Below, piece after piece: positions 31,267-32,000 of a DNA stretch of 32,000 nt. The stretch covers positions 46,652-78,651 of the forward strand of contig JBGAPP010000016.1 in NCBI GenBank assembly GCA_044221185.1, given 5' to 3'. The stretch comes from Chthoniobacteraceae bacterium (GTDB lineage: Bacteria; Verrucomicrobiota; Verrucomicrobiia; Chthoniobacterales; Chthoniobacteraceae). Both the position numbers and the translations under genes were made by a program. The first letter of the stretch is position 1; every line of letters begins with the position of its first letter. Below the pieces are notes generated by a model, which did no database searches, was not told the origin of the DNA, and saw only the letters and a program-made list of their open reading frames with translations.

Positions 31267-31962
31267 TCAGTCGTCATTCGTCGTCATCAGCGCCCCTTCG
31301 ACCGCCTGCGCGAGGGCTTCGGCCACGCGCGGAAGCCGCATGACGAATCGTGCAAACGGTGCGATGTGAGATGGGTGCCGCAGCAGATGGAGCACGAGCG
31401 CGACGGGACGGGCCCGCTGGCGCGTGCTGTCGAACCACGCGTCGAAGGGGACCGGCAGCGATTGGTCCGCAGAGTCGCTGATCGCGCGGACGGCGGTGAC
31501 CGGCACCCCTGATTCTCCGCAGGCTTTCGCGACGGCGTCCGTCTCCATGTCCACGACGCGCGCGCCGGTTTCGCGGAATGCGGCGAGCTTTTCCGCGGGC
31601 TGCTCGATGGGGTCGGCGCGCGAAAGGATGAACGGCGACGGCAGCTCGGCGGTGAGCGTGTCGCCGACGCGCAGCACGGGGTCTAGTGCGCCGCCGAATC
31701 CCGAGCAGATGACGCGGCGCGGCTTCACCTCGCCGAGCACATCACTGAGCACCGCTTCGGCGGAGACGGGGCCGATTCCGGTGTGGACGATTACGGTGCG
31801 AAGGCCACGGAGTTCGCCGGCCCAGACTTTACGGCCGCGGATGCGCGAGGTTTCCAGCGCCATCAGCCTTTTCCGGAACGGGCCGCTTTCCTCCGGGCGC
31901 GCAAAGGTCACGAGCACGGGCGGCAGGCGGAGGTCGGCGGAAGAAGGTGGCACCATCCGCAC
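31267..31962 (-). CDS. Nucleoside phosphorylase family protein (PNP_UDP_1; MTA/SAH-nucleosidase-like)
   Basis: VIVHTGIGPVSA, VICSGFGGALDP, VVDMETDAVAKAC and AVRAISDSAD follow the conserved order of PNP_UDP_1-family motifs. The exact substrate cannot be told from the sequence. Confidence 0.7.
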   Translation of the reverse strand: MRMVPPSSADLRLPPVLVTFARPEESGPFRKRLMALETSRIRGRKVWAGELRGLRTVIVHTGIGPVSAEAVLSDVLGEVKPRRVICSGFGGALDPVLRVGDTLTAELPSPFILSRADPIEQPAEKLAAFRETGARVVDMETDAVAKACGESGVPVTAVRAISDSADQSLPVPFDAWFDSTRQRARPVALVLHLLRHPSHIAPFARFVMRLPRVAEALAQAVEGALMTTNDD

Positions 31963-32000
31963 ACTCCCGTTTCGGGAGCTGTGGATTCAAGATTCATTTG

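Overview
High-GC bacterial chromosome segment. The core genes (PVC-type heme-binding CxxCH protein, Tat-exported Gfo/Idh/MocA oxidoreductase, secreted DMFase-like protein) suggest the PVC superphylum, probably Verrucomicrobiota (inference only). Layout: (i) 1-8234, ordinary core genes: partial DEAD-box helicase, DMFase-beta-like secreted protein, di-heme cytochrome c peroxidase translationally coupled to a large PVC-type heme/HEAT protein, Gfo/Idh/MocA oxidoreductase, HpcH/HpaI aldolase. (ii) 8393-13722, a tightly coupled three-gene operon and the most interesting item. It encodes a 1011-aa Nudix + RelA/SpoT + helical + SLOG + RyR fusion protein, a 95-aa solo RyR-domain protein, and a 663-aa 2TM + double Rossmann (TrkA-N/RCK-like) + RyR membrane protein. 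I read it as a candidate nucleotide-second-messenger signalling or conflict system with an ion-flux effector, and I do not recognise it as a described system. (iii) 13782-29077, a complete ~15.3-kb integrative element in the 3' end of tRNA-Gly(UCC), bounded by a perfect 30-bp direct repeat. It carries integrase, Xis-like HTH, gene II/X-like Rep, small and large terminase and an XRE repressor, but no recognisable virion structural genes (satellite-like or decayed prophage). Its cargo includes an IS1595 transposase, a candidate HEPN (RNxxxH) protein with a DnaJ-type zinc-finger partner, an MmeI-family type IIL R-M enzyme with a zinc-ribbon neighbour, a PIN toxin-antitoxin pair and a membrane NERD protein. 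(iv) 29198-31962, core genes leuD, waaA and a nucleoside-phosphorylase-family gene. No rRNA genes or CRISPR arrays were seen. Many long ORFs in the supplied track are antisense or out-of-frame shadows typical of high-GC DNA and were rejected.
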